Below, one piece after another: positions 1-9,089 of a stretch of DNA of 64,000 bases. The stretch comes from Vicinamibacteria bacterium (GTDB lineage Bacteria; Acidobacteriota; Vicinamibacteria; Marinacidobacterales; Marinacidobacteraceae): the NCBI GenBank assembly GCA_964291235.2, contig OZ219816.1, positions 1,952,001-2,016,000 on the forward strand. The letters run 5' to 3'. Numbering within the stretch: the first letter of the stretch is position 1; the number at the start of each line of letters is the position of its first letter. The notes under the pieces are model-generated. The model made no database searches and had not been told where the DNA came from. It worked only from the letters and a program-made list of their open reading frames with translations. A program made the translations under genes and the position numbers.

Positions 1-1
1 G

Positions 2-1027
2 TCGCTCGCGGGCGGGGCGGTGGGCTTCGCCGACTACCTCGGCTTCTACTTCCCCGAGCTGACCGGCCTGCCGCACCACCTCGCCGCCGCCGGCGTCTGC
101 GTGCTGGTCCTTTTCCTTCTCTACCGGAACATCGACTCGGTCGAGCGCCTCTCGAAGGCCATGCTGGCGCTTGTCCTCGCCACCACCGGCTGGGTGATCG
201 TTGCCGGGCTCATCGAGAGCCCGGGGCTTCCCTCGTTCATGCCTCCCCAGGGGTTCGACGCCAGCTTCTGGCCGGCACTCGGCGCTGGGGCGGTGATCGC
301 CATGTACAGCTTCGGCGGTTACAACCAGGTCTGCAACATCGCGGGCGAGGTGAAGGATCCCGAGCGCAACGTGCCGCGGTCCATCCTGCTCTCCATCGCA
401 GTGGTGGCGGTGATCTACATCGCCATGACCACCGTGATGCTCGAACTCATCCCCTGGCAAGAGGCCGAAGCGAGCCGCACCCTCGCGTCCATCTTCATCG
501 CGCGGACGGTCGAAGATCCCGGGCTCGCCCAGCTCGCCGGGTCGGTCATCACCGCCCTGATCCTCTTCGTGGCGGTCGCCTCGGTCTTCGCCTTCGCGCT
601 CGGGTATTCGCGGATGCCGTACGCAGCCGCCCGCGACGGCCAGTTCTTCCGGATCTTCGGCAAGGTCCACCCCACCCGGGGGTTCCCCCACGTCTCGCTC
701 ATCTGGCTCATCGCCGTCTCGATCCCCTTCTGCTTCTTCAGCCTGGGAGAACTCATCAACTGGCTCATGCAGGTCCAGATCCTGCTGCGCTTCGCCTGGC
801 AGTGCGTCGCGGTGCTGCTCATCGCCCGCTACCGGCCCGACATCCCCCAGCCCTTCCGGATGTGGCTCTACCCGATCCCGGCACTCCTCTCACTCGCCCT
901 CTGGATCGCGCTCTTCTTCACCGGGCCACCCACCGGGGTCTGGTTCTCGCTCGGCTTCCTCGGGCTCGGCCTCGCCGCCTACTGGGTCTTCCGAAGGCGG
1001 CAGGGACACGGCACGTCCACTACCTGA
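2..1027 (+). CDS. APC-family amino acid permease (5'-truncated by the window edge)
   Basis: Frame open from position 2; many TM helices; APC-type motifs 'YSFGGY...IAGEVKDPERNVPRSI', 'SRMPYAAARDG.FF', 'PQPFRMWLYP'. Confidence 0.85.
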   Translation, partial: SLAGGAVGFADYLGFYFPELTGLPHHLAAAGVCVLVLFLLYRNIDSVERLSKAMLALVLATTGWVIVAGLIESPGLPSFMPPQGFDASFWPALGAGAVIAMYSFGGYNQVCNIAGEVKDPERNVPRSILLSIAVVAVIYIAMTTVMLELIPWQEAEASRTLASIFIARTVEDPGLAQLAGSVITALILFVAVASVFAFALGYSRMPYAAARDGQFFRIFGKVHPTRGFPHVSLIWLIAVSIPFCFFSLGELINWLMQVQILLRFAWQCVAVLLIARYRPDIPQPFRMWLYPIPALLSLALWIALFFTGPPTGVWFSLGFLGLGLAAYWVFRRRQGHGTSTT

Positions 1028-1111
1028 CGAATCCGCTCCGAACCCTCGGGAACCGCACCCAGGTCGACTGCTGACGGTGCCTTATTTCTGATTGGTGGAC
1101 GAAATGTCCGG

Positions 1112-2449
1112 CTACCGCATGCGCCGCAGGATCGGCAGCCCCCAGAAATAGAGCGCCAGGAGGTCCACCGCGCGGGCGAGCAGCGTCGCCCAGGACGCCG
1201 CATAGACCCCGACCATGTTCACCGGCTGGATCAACAGCCACAGAACGAACAGGACCGTAACCGTCTCGATGAGGCCGGCCCAGGTGATGGCGCGAGTCTC
1301 GGTGCTCCACACCAGCAGCGCCCGGTAGAAGGCGAGCAGGACCGAGCAGATCGGCATCGTGACCAGAATCTGGAGCGCAGGCACCGAGAGTTCCACCAGG
1401 CTCGGCGTCAGGCCCGAAACGGCTCCGAACCAGAGCCCGGAAAGTGGCGTGAAGGCCATGACGCCCTGCAGCACGCAGGCGCCCGCTCCGAGTCCCACCG
1501 CGAACCGGATCAGCTTCCGGGTGCGCTGGCGGGTTCCGTCCATGAAGGCGATCGCCACCTCCTGGAAGGAAAGGCCCATGCTGCGGAAGACAAACGACAG
1601 CGCGGCGACCACCGGGTAGGTGGCGAGCGATTCGAGCGCGAGGCGGGAGTGCCCGAGGAACAGGTTCACGAGGGGATGGATCGCGAGCGCAATCACCGAG
1701 CTGACGAGCAGCGGGATGTAGAAGTGGAGGATCTTGGGAAAGGTGAGCGGCTCTCCGTTCCTGGGGGTGGCGAGCACTTCCCGCACGCAGTCCGCGACCA
1801 TGAAACGGGTGGCGATCGCTTCGACGATCACCGCCACCGAGAGCGAAGCCGCCCCGATCAATGCCCCTGAAATGTCCGTTTCGAAGAGCAGCCAGGCGGT
1901 GATTCCCATCCCCGACAGCCGGATCGTCGTGCCGTAGGCGATCCGCCGGGTGTGTCCGTGCCGGATGAGAAGCCCCTGGTAGAAGCGCCGGAAACCGATG
2001 GCCGCCGGCCAGGGCAGGAGCACGAGCAGGGCTTGCCGGCTCAACTCCGCGACCTCGGGATCGAGGCTCATCACGCCCTCCGCGAGGGCCGAATAGAGCG
2101 GCGAGAGGGCCCAGGCCAGCATCAGCAAGGTCAGTCCGAGGTTCAGCGTCGCGCCGAAACGGCGGAGCGAACGGAACGCCTCCCGGTCCTTGCAGAGCGC
2201 CGTCGAGGCGCTCAGGATCATGATGATCGGCGCCTCCAGGATCAGTGCGAAGGCGAACGCGACGCCGTAGGCGGCGAGGTTTACCGTGGCTTCCGGAAGC
2301 CGGGCCACCACGGCGGCCACCAGCAGCCCCTCGACGGACATCATGATCCAGGTGGCGGCCATCGGCAGCCAGACCCAGAAAATGCGGCTGGTGGTGAGGG
2401 GCGCCCGCGGCGGCGCCGCAACCGGGGTCTTGCCGAAGGTCGGGGTCAC
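1112..2449 (-). CDS. MATE/MOP-fold membrane protein, ANKH-like
   Basis: 445 aa, about 12 TM in two similar halves (WLPMAATW..LAAYGVA / YIPLLVSS..LATYPVV); GTG start overlaps the hemW stop (GTGA). Confidence 0.6.
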   Translation of the reverse strand: MTPTFGKTPVAAPPRAPLTTSRIFWVWLPMAATWIMMSVEGLLVAAVVARLPEATVNLAAYGVAFAFALILEAPIIMILSASTALCKDREAFRSLRRFGATLNLGLTLLMLAWALSPLYSALAEGVMSLDPEVAELSRQALLVLLPWPAAIGFRRFYQGLLIRHGHTRRIAYGTTIRLSGMGITAWLLFETDISGALIGAASLSVAVIVEAIATRFMVADCVREVLATPRNGEPLTFPKILHFYIPLLVSSVIALAIHPLVNLFLGHSRLALESLATYPVVAALSFVFRSMGLSFQEVAIAFMDGTRQRTRKLIRFAVGLGAGACVLQGVMAFTPLSGLWFGAVSGLTPSLVELSVPALQILVTMPICSVLLAFYRALLVWSTETRAITWAGLIETVTVLFVLWLLIQPVNMVGVYAASWATLLARAVDLLALYFWGLPILRRMR

Positions 2450-3723
2450 GCGGCGTTTCGATCCGCGCGCAACGACTCGAGGTTCACCTCGCGCGCCAGC
2501 GCGTCGGCCACCGCCAACCCGTCCAGCGTGGGCTTCAGCCAGCGGGATCTCTGGTCTTCCTCGAGTCGGACCAGGCCGCGGGTCTCCCAGTTGCGGAAGA
2601 GCGGCCCGTTCATCCGAACGACGCTCCGCCCGTAGCGCGAAGCGAACATCCCGAGGTCGAGGCCGTCCGTGGTCCGCAGCCGGAGGAAGAGTTCCTCAAG
2701 GGCGCGATCGCCGGGGCTCAGTCGTTCCCGCCCGGCGGTAGGGGTGTCTCCGCGGAGGATTGCCTGCTCCCAGTCTTCGACGGCCCGCAGGTTCCAGAAC
2801 CGTTCCGCCCGCTCCGGCGCGAAGGAATGCGCCGACGGCCCGACACCGAGATACTCCACCCCGGCCCAGTACTTCTGGTTGTGGCGGGACCGAAACGCGG
2901 GGGCCGCGGCGAAATTGCACGCCTCGTAGGCCGCCAGGCCGCGGTCCGCGAGGGTCTCGTGAACCACCCGGAAGAGCGCGCTCGCGTCTTCGGAACGAGG
3001 GGTGAGATCCTCCCCGCGGGCCTGGCGGCGACCGAAGGGCGTTTCCGGATCGATCGTCAACTCGTACGCGGAGAGGTGCCTCACCCCAGGCAGCTCCGCT
3101 GCGACCGTCAGTTCCGTTCGCAGGGAATCCGCCGTCTGTCCGGCGGTTCCGAAGATCAGGTCGATCGAAATCCAGGGGATCCCGGCCTCGGCGAGCCGGG
3201 AGGCCGCGACCGTGACGCCCGACGCGGTGTGCACGCGGCCGAGGAACCGCAGGCGGGAGTCGTCGAGCGCCTGCGCCCCGAGGCTGACGCCCCAAACCTC
3301 GTCGGCCGCCCACCGACGGGCAAGACCCGGGTCGCGGACCAGATCCTCGGGGTTCGCCTCGACGAAAACGAACGGCGACGGAGTGGCGAGGCCTCGCTCG
3401 ACCGCCGCGCCGACCATCTCCCGGAAGAACCCGGCGGGTGCCAGCGACGGAGTGCCGCCTCCGAAATACACGGTGTCCGCTCCGGACGGCCCATCCCCGA
3501 GGTCTGCCCGGAGTTCCAACTCGGTCAGGAGCGCCTGCCGGTAGCGCTCGAGACGCTCGGGTCCCGACCGGCCGAGCGGCGTCACCGCGAAGTCGCAGTA
3601 GGGACAGATCCGCGAACAGAAGGGAACGTGGACATAGAGCCCCGGAGCGGCCGAGAGCTCGGACGGGGGCTCGGGTGGGGGCTCGGGCGGGCGATCGGGC
3701 GTTGGGTCCGGCGGCTCGCTCAC
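2446..3723 (-). CDS. hemW: Radical SAM heme chaperone HemW (HemN-like)
   Basis: 'GLYVHVPFCSRICPYCDF' CxxxCxxC, 'YFGGGTPS', 'HNQKYW', 'YLGVGPSAHS'; start set at the GTG overlapping the lepA stop (GTGA 3720-3723). Confidence 0.88.
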   Translation of the reverse strand: MSEPPDPTPDRPPEPPPEPPSELSAAPGLYVHVPFCSRICPYCDFAVTPLGRSGPERLERYRQALLTELELRADLGDGPSGADTVYFGGGTPSLAPAGFFREMVGAAVERGLATPSPFVFVEANPEDLVRDPGLARRWAADEVWGVSLGAQALDDSRLRFLGRVHTASGVTVAASRLAEAGIPWISIDLIFGTAGQTADSLRTELTVAAELPGVRHLSAYELTIDPETPFGRRQARGEDLTPRSEDASALFRVVHETLADRGLAAYEACNFAAAPAFRSRHNQKYWAGVEYLGVGPSAHSFAPERAERFWNLRAVEDWEQAILRGDTPTAGRERLSPGDRALEELFLRLRTTDGLDLGMFASRYGRSVVRMNGPLFRNWETRGLVRLEEDQRSRWLKPTLDGLAVADALAREVNLESLRADRNAA

Positions 3724-5540
3724 GCCGCCGGGCTCGACTTCAGAACCGCGACGAAGGCCGCCTGCGGAATCTGCACGTTTCCCACCTGCTTCATGCGCTT
3801 CTTGCCTGCCTTCTGGCGTTCGAGCAGCTTCCGCTTCCGGGTGACGTCGCCGCCGTAGCACCTTGCGGTCACGTCCTTCCGAAACGCCCGGATGTTGGTG
3901 CGGGCGATGATCTTGCCCCCGATGGCGCCCTGGATCGCGATCTTGAAGTTGTGCATCGGGATCGCTTCGGCGAGGCGCTCGCAGTAGCCGAGCGCCCGGG
4001 AACGCGCCTTCTCCTCGTGGACGAGCTGACTGAGTGCATCCACGCGCTCGCCGTTCACCAGGATGTCCACCTTGACGAGCTTCGTAGGCCGGTTGTCGAG
4101 CAGTTCGTAGTCGTAGCTGCCGTAGCCGTGGGTCACCGTCTTCAAGCGGTCGTGAAAGTCGAAGAGGATCTCCGCGAGCGGCAGCTCCGCCTGGATCTCT
4201 ACCCGCCGGGCGGAAAGAAAATTCATCCGGCTGGTCGCCAGGCGCCGCTCGGTCAGCAACTCCATGACCGACCCCACCGCGCGCTCCGGAATCAGGATGG
4301 AAGCCCGGATATAGGGCTCTTCGGCGCCGTCGATGATCGCCGGGTCCGGGTAGTACGCCGGGTTTTCGACCTCGTGCAGTTCCCCGTCCCGGGTGGTGAT
4401 CCGGTAACGCACGCTGGGAGCCGAGAGGAGCAGCGACAGCCCGTGTTCCCGCTGCAGCCGCTCCTGCACCACATCCAGGTGCAGGAGTCCCAGGAATCCG
4501 CAGCGGAACCCGAAACCGAGGGCGGTGGAGGATTCGCGCTCGTAGGTCAGGGCCGGATCGTTGAGCGCCAGCTTTCCGAGGGCGTTTTCGAGTTCGCCGT
4601 AGTCGTCGGTTGAAATCGGGTACACCGAACTGAAGACCACGGGCCGAGGCTCGCGGTATCCCGGGAGCGCCGCCTCGGCGGGACGGGCCGCGTCGATGAC
4701 CGTGTCGCCGATCGCGATGTCCCGGATCCGCTTGATCCCGCAGATGGCGTACCCCACCGCCCCCGCGGAGAGAACGTCCACCGGTTCCCGGCGCAGCCGC
4801 AGGAGTCCCACCTCTTCCACCACGTGCTCGCGGTCCCCGCGCATCAGACGCACCCGGTCGCCGGGACGGATCTCGCCGTCCACGACCCGCACCAGCAGCA
4901 CGACTCCCCGGAAGGTGTCGTACTGGGCGTCGAAGATGAGCGCGCGGAGCGGGTTCTCGAAGTTGCCGCCGGGAGGCGGGATTCTCCTCACGATCGCGTC
5001 GAGGATCTCCTCGACGCCCTCTCCCTTCTTGGCCGAGGCGAGGACCACCTCGAACGGATCGAGTCCGAGTTCCTCGTCAATCTCCTCCCGCACCCGCTCC
5101 GGATCCGCGGCCGGCAGGTCGATCTTGTTGATCACGGGCACCACGGACAGGTCGTATTCCATCGCCACGAAGTAGTTGGCTACGGTCTGCGCCTCCACCC
5201 CCTGCGCGGCGTCCACCAGCAGTAGCGCTCCCTCGCAGGACATCAGCGAACGCCGCACTTCGTGGGAGAAATCGACGTGGCCGGGAGTGTCGATCAGGTT
5301 GAGCTGATAGGTGTCCCCGTCCGCCGTCTCGTGAAGGAGCGAGACGCTGTTCGACTTGATAGTGATGCCGCGCTCGCGCTCGAGGTCCATCGAATCCAGC
5401 AACTGGTCGCGGAACTCGCGCTCGCTGACGCCCCCGCAGCGCTGGATCAGCCGGTCGGCGAGGGTGGACTTCCCGTGGTCCACATGGGCGATGATGCAGA
5501 AGTTGCGGACCCGCTCGATCGGCGGCGGAGCGGAGGACAA
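3720..5540 (-). CDS. lepA: Translation elongation factor 4 (LepA)
   Basis: 'RNFCIIAHVDHGKSTLADR', 'DTPGHVDF', 'NKID', 'GFRCGFLGLLH', C-terminal 'RKDVTARCYGGDVTRKRKLLE'. Confidence 0.97.
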   Translation of the reverse strand: MSSAPPPIERVRNFCIIAHVDHGKSTLADRLIQRCGGVSEREFRDQLLDSMDLERERGITIKSNSVSLLHETADGDTYQLNLIDTPGHVDFSHEVRRSLMSCEGALLLVDAAQGVEAQTVANYFVAMEYDLSVVPVINKIDLPAADPERVREEIDEELGLDPFEVVLASAKKGEGVEEILDAIVRRIPPPGGNFENPLRALIFDAQYDTFRGVVLLVRVVDGEIRPGDRVRLMRGDREHVVEEVGLLRLRREPVDVLSAGAVGYAICGIKRIRDIAIGDTVIDAARPAEAALPGYREPRPVVFSSVYPISTDDYGELENALGKLALNDPALTYERESSTALGFGFRCGFLGLLHLDVVQERLQREHGLSLLLSAPSVRYRITTRDGELHEVENPAYYPDPAIIDGAEEPYIRASILIPERAVGSVMELLTERRLATSRMNFLSARRVEIQAELPLAEILFDFHDRLKTVTHGYGSYDYELLDNRPTKLVKVDILVNGERVDALSQLVHEEKARSRALGYCERLAEAIPMHNFKIAIQGAIGGKIIARTNIRAFRKDVTARCYGGDVTRKRKLLERQKAGKKRMKQVGNVQIPQAAFVAVLKSSPAA

Positions 5541-5547
5541 ACGGCGA

Positions 5548-7338
5548 TCAGGGACGCGCGGTGGGCACGAGCGTCACCGTGTGCCGCTCCCCGTCGCGGA
5601 GGAACACCACGGTCAGCGGCTCACCGATGCGGGCGGCCTCCAGCGCGTTCATGTAGTCGTAGATGTTCAGGACCGGAGTCCCCGCGAACTCGACGATGAC
5701 ATCACCCTTCTGAAGACCGGCCTCTTCGGCCGGCCCGCCCGCCATGACCCCGCCCAGCAGCAACCCCTCGATCTCGGTGGCGTACTCGGGAATGGTGCCG
5801 GTATAGGCCCGCATCGAAGCGCGCGAGGTGGAGGTCTCCGTGGAGCGCTCCACCTGGACGAACTCGGGCGCCGGATCGCTCTCGGCGACCCGCCGCGCAA
5901 CGAGCCCGGTGAACCGGGCGATCCGGGCGAGGCCCTCGTAGTTCAGCTTGTCGGCGGTGTCCGACGGCCGGTGGTAATCGCTGTGGGTCCCGGTGAAGAG
6001 ATTGAGCGTCGGGACGTTTTCGCTGTTGAACGCCGAGGAGTCGGTGGGCAGGTACGGGTCGTCGGACAGGGCCAGGTCGAAGCCCCCCGGGACGTTGGCC
6101 CGCTCCACGATCCCCGGCCAGACGCTGGCGGAACCCATCGCCTGAACGGTCAGCCGGTTCTCCTCAAGCCGCCCCACCATGTCCAGGTTGATGTAGGCGA
6201 CCAGGTCAACCGGCCGCACCTCGTTCCGGATGAACGCCCGCGACCCGAGCAACCCGGATTCTTCGCCGGACCAGAACCCGATCAGGACCGGCCGGGCGAG
6301 CGGGGACTCGGACACCGTCCGCGCCAGGGCGAGCACCGCCGCGGTCCCCGAGGCGTTGTCGTCGGCGCCCGGATGGACGGCGGGGGGACCGTGGGGATTC
6401 AGCGAGCCGCTGCCGCCCATCCCGAGGTGGTCGTAGTGCGCCCCCACCGCGACGTACGGCGGCGCGACGCTCCCGTCGGCTGCCGGCAGGACGCCGACGA
6501 CGTTGGCCCCGCTGCCGCGGGTCCGCCGGAGGTCCACCGACAAGGTGGCGAATCCGGTGAGCGGAAAGGACCCGGCGTTCACGTCGCCCCGGTCGAGCGC
6601 CCGCTGAATCTCGGAGAGGGTGTACCCGCTGCCCGCGAAGAGCCGGTCTCCGGCCGCCCCGTCGATGGAAACGGCGAGGATGCCCTGGGTACCGGGGGCC
6701 GAAATGTCGAAGGCGTCCGGCGAAAATTCCCCCGCTCCCTCCGACTCGGGACCGGTGATCACCACTATCCCCGCCGCTCCCCGGTCCCGGGCGGCGGCCG
6801 CCTTGGAGCGGAAGTCGGCGTGGCGATTCAGGATCGCCCGCACCTCGTCGTCCACGTCGTCGGGGAAGTAGCGGAGCACGACCACCACCTGGTCACGCAC
6901 GTCGTGGCCGGCGTAGCTGTCGTACTCGTGGCCCGCGTTCTCGGGAAGGCTGATGCCGTAGCCGGCGAAGAACAGTTCTCCCCGGCCCTCACCGGTCTCC
7001 GAAAACGCGAAAGCTCGAACCTGATCGCTCCCGAACCGCTTGTGCCCCCCGGCGCGCAACGAGGATCCGGCGTCTTCCACGCCCGAGATGAAGTCGAACG
7101 AAACGCCGTAGCCATCCTGTCCCGGCAACGGCTCGGCCCCGGCGGCTTCGAGCTCGGACATCAGGTAGCGGCGGGCAGTGGCCGCCCCGGGCGTCCCCAC
7201 GGCGCGGCCCTCGGTGCCCGGCCCGGTCAGCGCGGCCACGTCGTCGCGAAGCTCCTCGGGAGTTTGGGCCGCGGCGGAAAGCGGAGAAAACGCGAGCAGG
7301 AGCGCCGGACCCGCGAGGAAGAAGCGCCGGTAGGTCAT
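5548..7338 (-). CDS. Secreted M28 family peptidase with PA and C-terminal PDZ domains
   Basis: Signal peptide; 'GAHYDHLG', 'GADDNASG', 'SGEESGLLGS', 'NLDMVGR', 'DYHRPSD'; PDZ 'GGPAEEAGLQKGDVI'. Confidence 0.9.
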   Translation of the reverse strand: MTYRRFFLAGPALLLAFSPLSAAAQTPEELRDDVAALTGPGTEGRAVGTPGAATARRYLMSELEAAGAEPLPGQDGYGVSFDFISGVEDAGSSLRAGGHKRFGSDQVRAFAFSETGEGRGELFFAGYGISLPENAGHEYDSYAGHDVRDQVVVVLRYFPDDVDDEVRAILNRHADFRSKAAAARDRGAAGIVVITGPESEGAGEFSPDAFDISAPGTQGILAVSIDGAAGDRLFAGSGYTLSEIQRALDRGDVNAGSFPLTGFATLSVDLRRTRGSGANVVGVLPAADGSVAPPYVAVGAHYDHLGMGGSGSLNPHGPPAVHPGADDNASGTAAVLALARTVSESPLARPVLIGFWSGEESGLLGSRAFIRNEVRPVDLVAYINLDMVGRLEENRLTVQAMGSASVWPGIVERANVPGGFDLALSDDPYLPTDSSAFNSENVPTLNLFTGTHSDYHRPSDTADKLNYEGLARIARFTGLVARRVAESDPAPEFVQVERSTETSTSRASMRAYTGTIPEYATEIEGLLLGGVMAGGPAEEAGLQKGDVIVEFAGTPVLNIYDYMNALEAARIGEPLTVVFLRDGERHTVTLVPTARP

Positions 7339-8483
7339 TGGGGGGTCTCCGTGTCCGGTGTGCGGGGCGGCGCTTCGCAGAGCGCGGCGAGCGCCTCGTC
7401 GTGGTCCCAGTCGGCCAGATAGATCTGGCCGCCTTCTCCGCCGTGGCGGCTGGACGTCCAGGCAAGGCCCGCCCCGTCCGGAGTCGGGACCGGCAGCCCG
7501 TCGAAGCCGTCGGTGGTGGTGATCCGGACCGGTTCCTTCTCCCCGGCGACGTCCACCATGTACACCTCGAAGTTGCTGAATCCCAGCTTGTTCGACGCAA
7601 ACAGCACGTACTCACCGGAAGGATGGACGTAGGGGGCCCAACTCATGGCCTCGAAACCGGTGAGCCGCCGCTGATCGGTCCCGTCCGGCCGCATGGACCA
7701 GATATCGGCGACCAGCCCGTCCTCCGAGAAACGCCGCCAGATGATCCGGGACCCGTCCGGGAAGAAGAACGGGCCGCCGTCGTAGCCGGGCACCTGGGTC
7801 AGGCGGCGCTGGTCACTACCGTCGGCGCGCATGATCCAGATCTCGCCGAAGTACGACGGATCGATTTCCGTCAGGCGCTCTTCCCGTTCCGAAAGCTCGT
7901 CCTCGTATATCCCTCGCATGGAGGTGAAGACGATCCACTCGCCGTCCGGCGACCAGCTCCCCTCGGCGTCGTATCCCCGGGCCTCGGTGAGTCGGACAAG
8001 TTCGCCGTCCGAGCGCCGTTCCACGAAGATGTCCATGGAGGGGTCGTAGTCCCACTCGTAGCGCCGCTCCTGGCCGCTCTCCCGGAACGCGATCTCTTCG
8101 CGCTGGAGTTCGAGCGACCGGGGATCGAGATGGGTCGAGGCGAACAGAATGTCGCCGCCGTTTCCCGAAATGAAGGCGCAGGTGGTCTTCCCCTGCCCCG
8201 GGGACACCCGGCGGACATCACCGGTCTCCAGCGAGAGCAGGTAGATCTGGAAGAAGGGGTTCCCCGGCTCGCGCTCCGACTGGAAGACCATCTCCTTGCC
8301 ATCCGGGGAGAAGTAGCCCTCCCCCGCACGCCGGCCCTCGACGGTCAGCCGCCGGATCCGGCTCAGAAACCGCGACTCGTCCTCTTCGTGCGGCTGGAGC
8401 GCGTCGGCGGGCGCACCTGCTCCCCACACTGCAAGGAGGGCGAACACAAGGCGACCGGAAACCCGCCGCAACGACTGGAACAT
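7335..8483 (-). CDS. TolB-like (PD40 repeat) beta-propeller protein
   Basis: Signal peptide; repeated 'FSPDGK', 'WSPDGEWIVF', 'FFPDGSRI', 'PTPDG'; ATGA overlap with the M28 gene. Confidence 0.88.
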   Translation of the reverse strand: MFQSLRRVSGRLVFALLAVWGAGAPADALQPHEEDESRFLSRIRRLTVEGRRAGEGYFSPDGKEMVFQSEREPGNPFFQIYLLSLETGDVRRVSPGQGKTTCAFISGNGGDILFASTHLDPRSLELQREEIAFRESGQERRYEWDYDPSMDIFVERRSDGELVRLTEARGYDAEGSWSPDGEWIVFTSMRGIYEDELSEREERLTEIDPSYFGEIWIMRADGSDQRRLTQVPGYDGGPFFFPDGSRIIWRRFSEDGLVADIWSMRPDGTDQRRLTGFEAMSWAPYVHPSGEYVLFASNKLGFSNFEVYMVDVAGEKEPVRITTTDGFDGLPVPTPDGAGLAWTSSRHGGEGGQIYLADWDHDEALAALCEAPPRTPDTETPQ

Positions 8484-8729
8484 GGAAAAACGAGGGCTGC
8501 GTACTCGGAGCGCCGGTCAGTGCTCCCGGTGGGGCGTTCAGACTGGCATCGCCCGCCGCGCACGGCGGGTGCCGCTCTCTGATAGCGAGCCGATCCGCAA
8601 CCGCTTAGTGTACCACGGGAGGGTCGATCAGCCCTCAGGGCCGAGACCGTCGGACCGGCATCGGGGCCGCAGGATCACTCTTCAGAGTGGCGGTAACTCA
8701 TTGATTTATCGCTGTTCTAAGGATAGTCT

Positions 8730-9089
8730 GTGAAGTCGGTGAATCACATTACACGCTGTCCGTCGCTTCAAGACGAGCCACTCAACGCTTCCAACTCCCG
8801 TGGTACACATCCGTGCTCACATCACAAAACCGAACGCGGTCCAGCACGGGAGACGCATCGCTATTCAGCCCGTAGGCGTGGCCGTTGGGCGTCCGTGGCA
8901 ACGGCAGGTCTCCCGTTTGTAGCCGCAAACTGCACCGGGCGACGGTTGGCGGGTTTCCTCAAGGAGGCTGCCGAAAGAGAGGGTGTGACACCGTCAGAAC
9001 CCATGCACCGCGCGGCAAGCGATGCCCTCACCGTTCTGGCGTTGATACGCGCGGTCGTCGCAAAAACAGATCAGCCGGTCCGGCAATGA
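8730..9089 (+). pseudogene. Probable C-terminal remnant of a DEDDh 3'-5' exonuclease
   Basis: C-terminus 'LKEAAEREGVTPSEPMHRAASDALTVLALIRAV' carries the ExoIII HRAxxDA motif; no ExoI DxE motif upstream; lower-GC DNA. Confidence 0.5.

Noticed and set aside
3724-3861. Long N-terminal extensions in the ORF track (hemW, AKR, livF-like, npdG, DUF1552 copy 1, DUF1592 copy 1)
   Set aside because: They overlap upstream genes or promoters; internal starts with an RBS, stop/start overlap or signal peptide fit better.
5356-7422. Long ORFs antisense to real genes (e.g. 5356-7422, 20407-22587, 29422-31830, 50829-52853, 55606-57705, 60807-62765)
   Set aside because: Shadow ORFs typical of high-GC DNA, lying opposite genes with clear family motifs and lacking recognisable domains.
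8484-8730. Possible tRNA or tmRNA at the islet boundary
   Set aside because: No cloverleaf, T-loop GTTCGA or CCA-ended acceptor stem visible on either strand.
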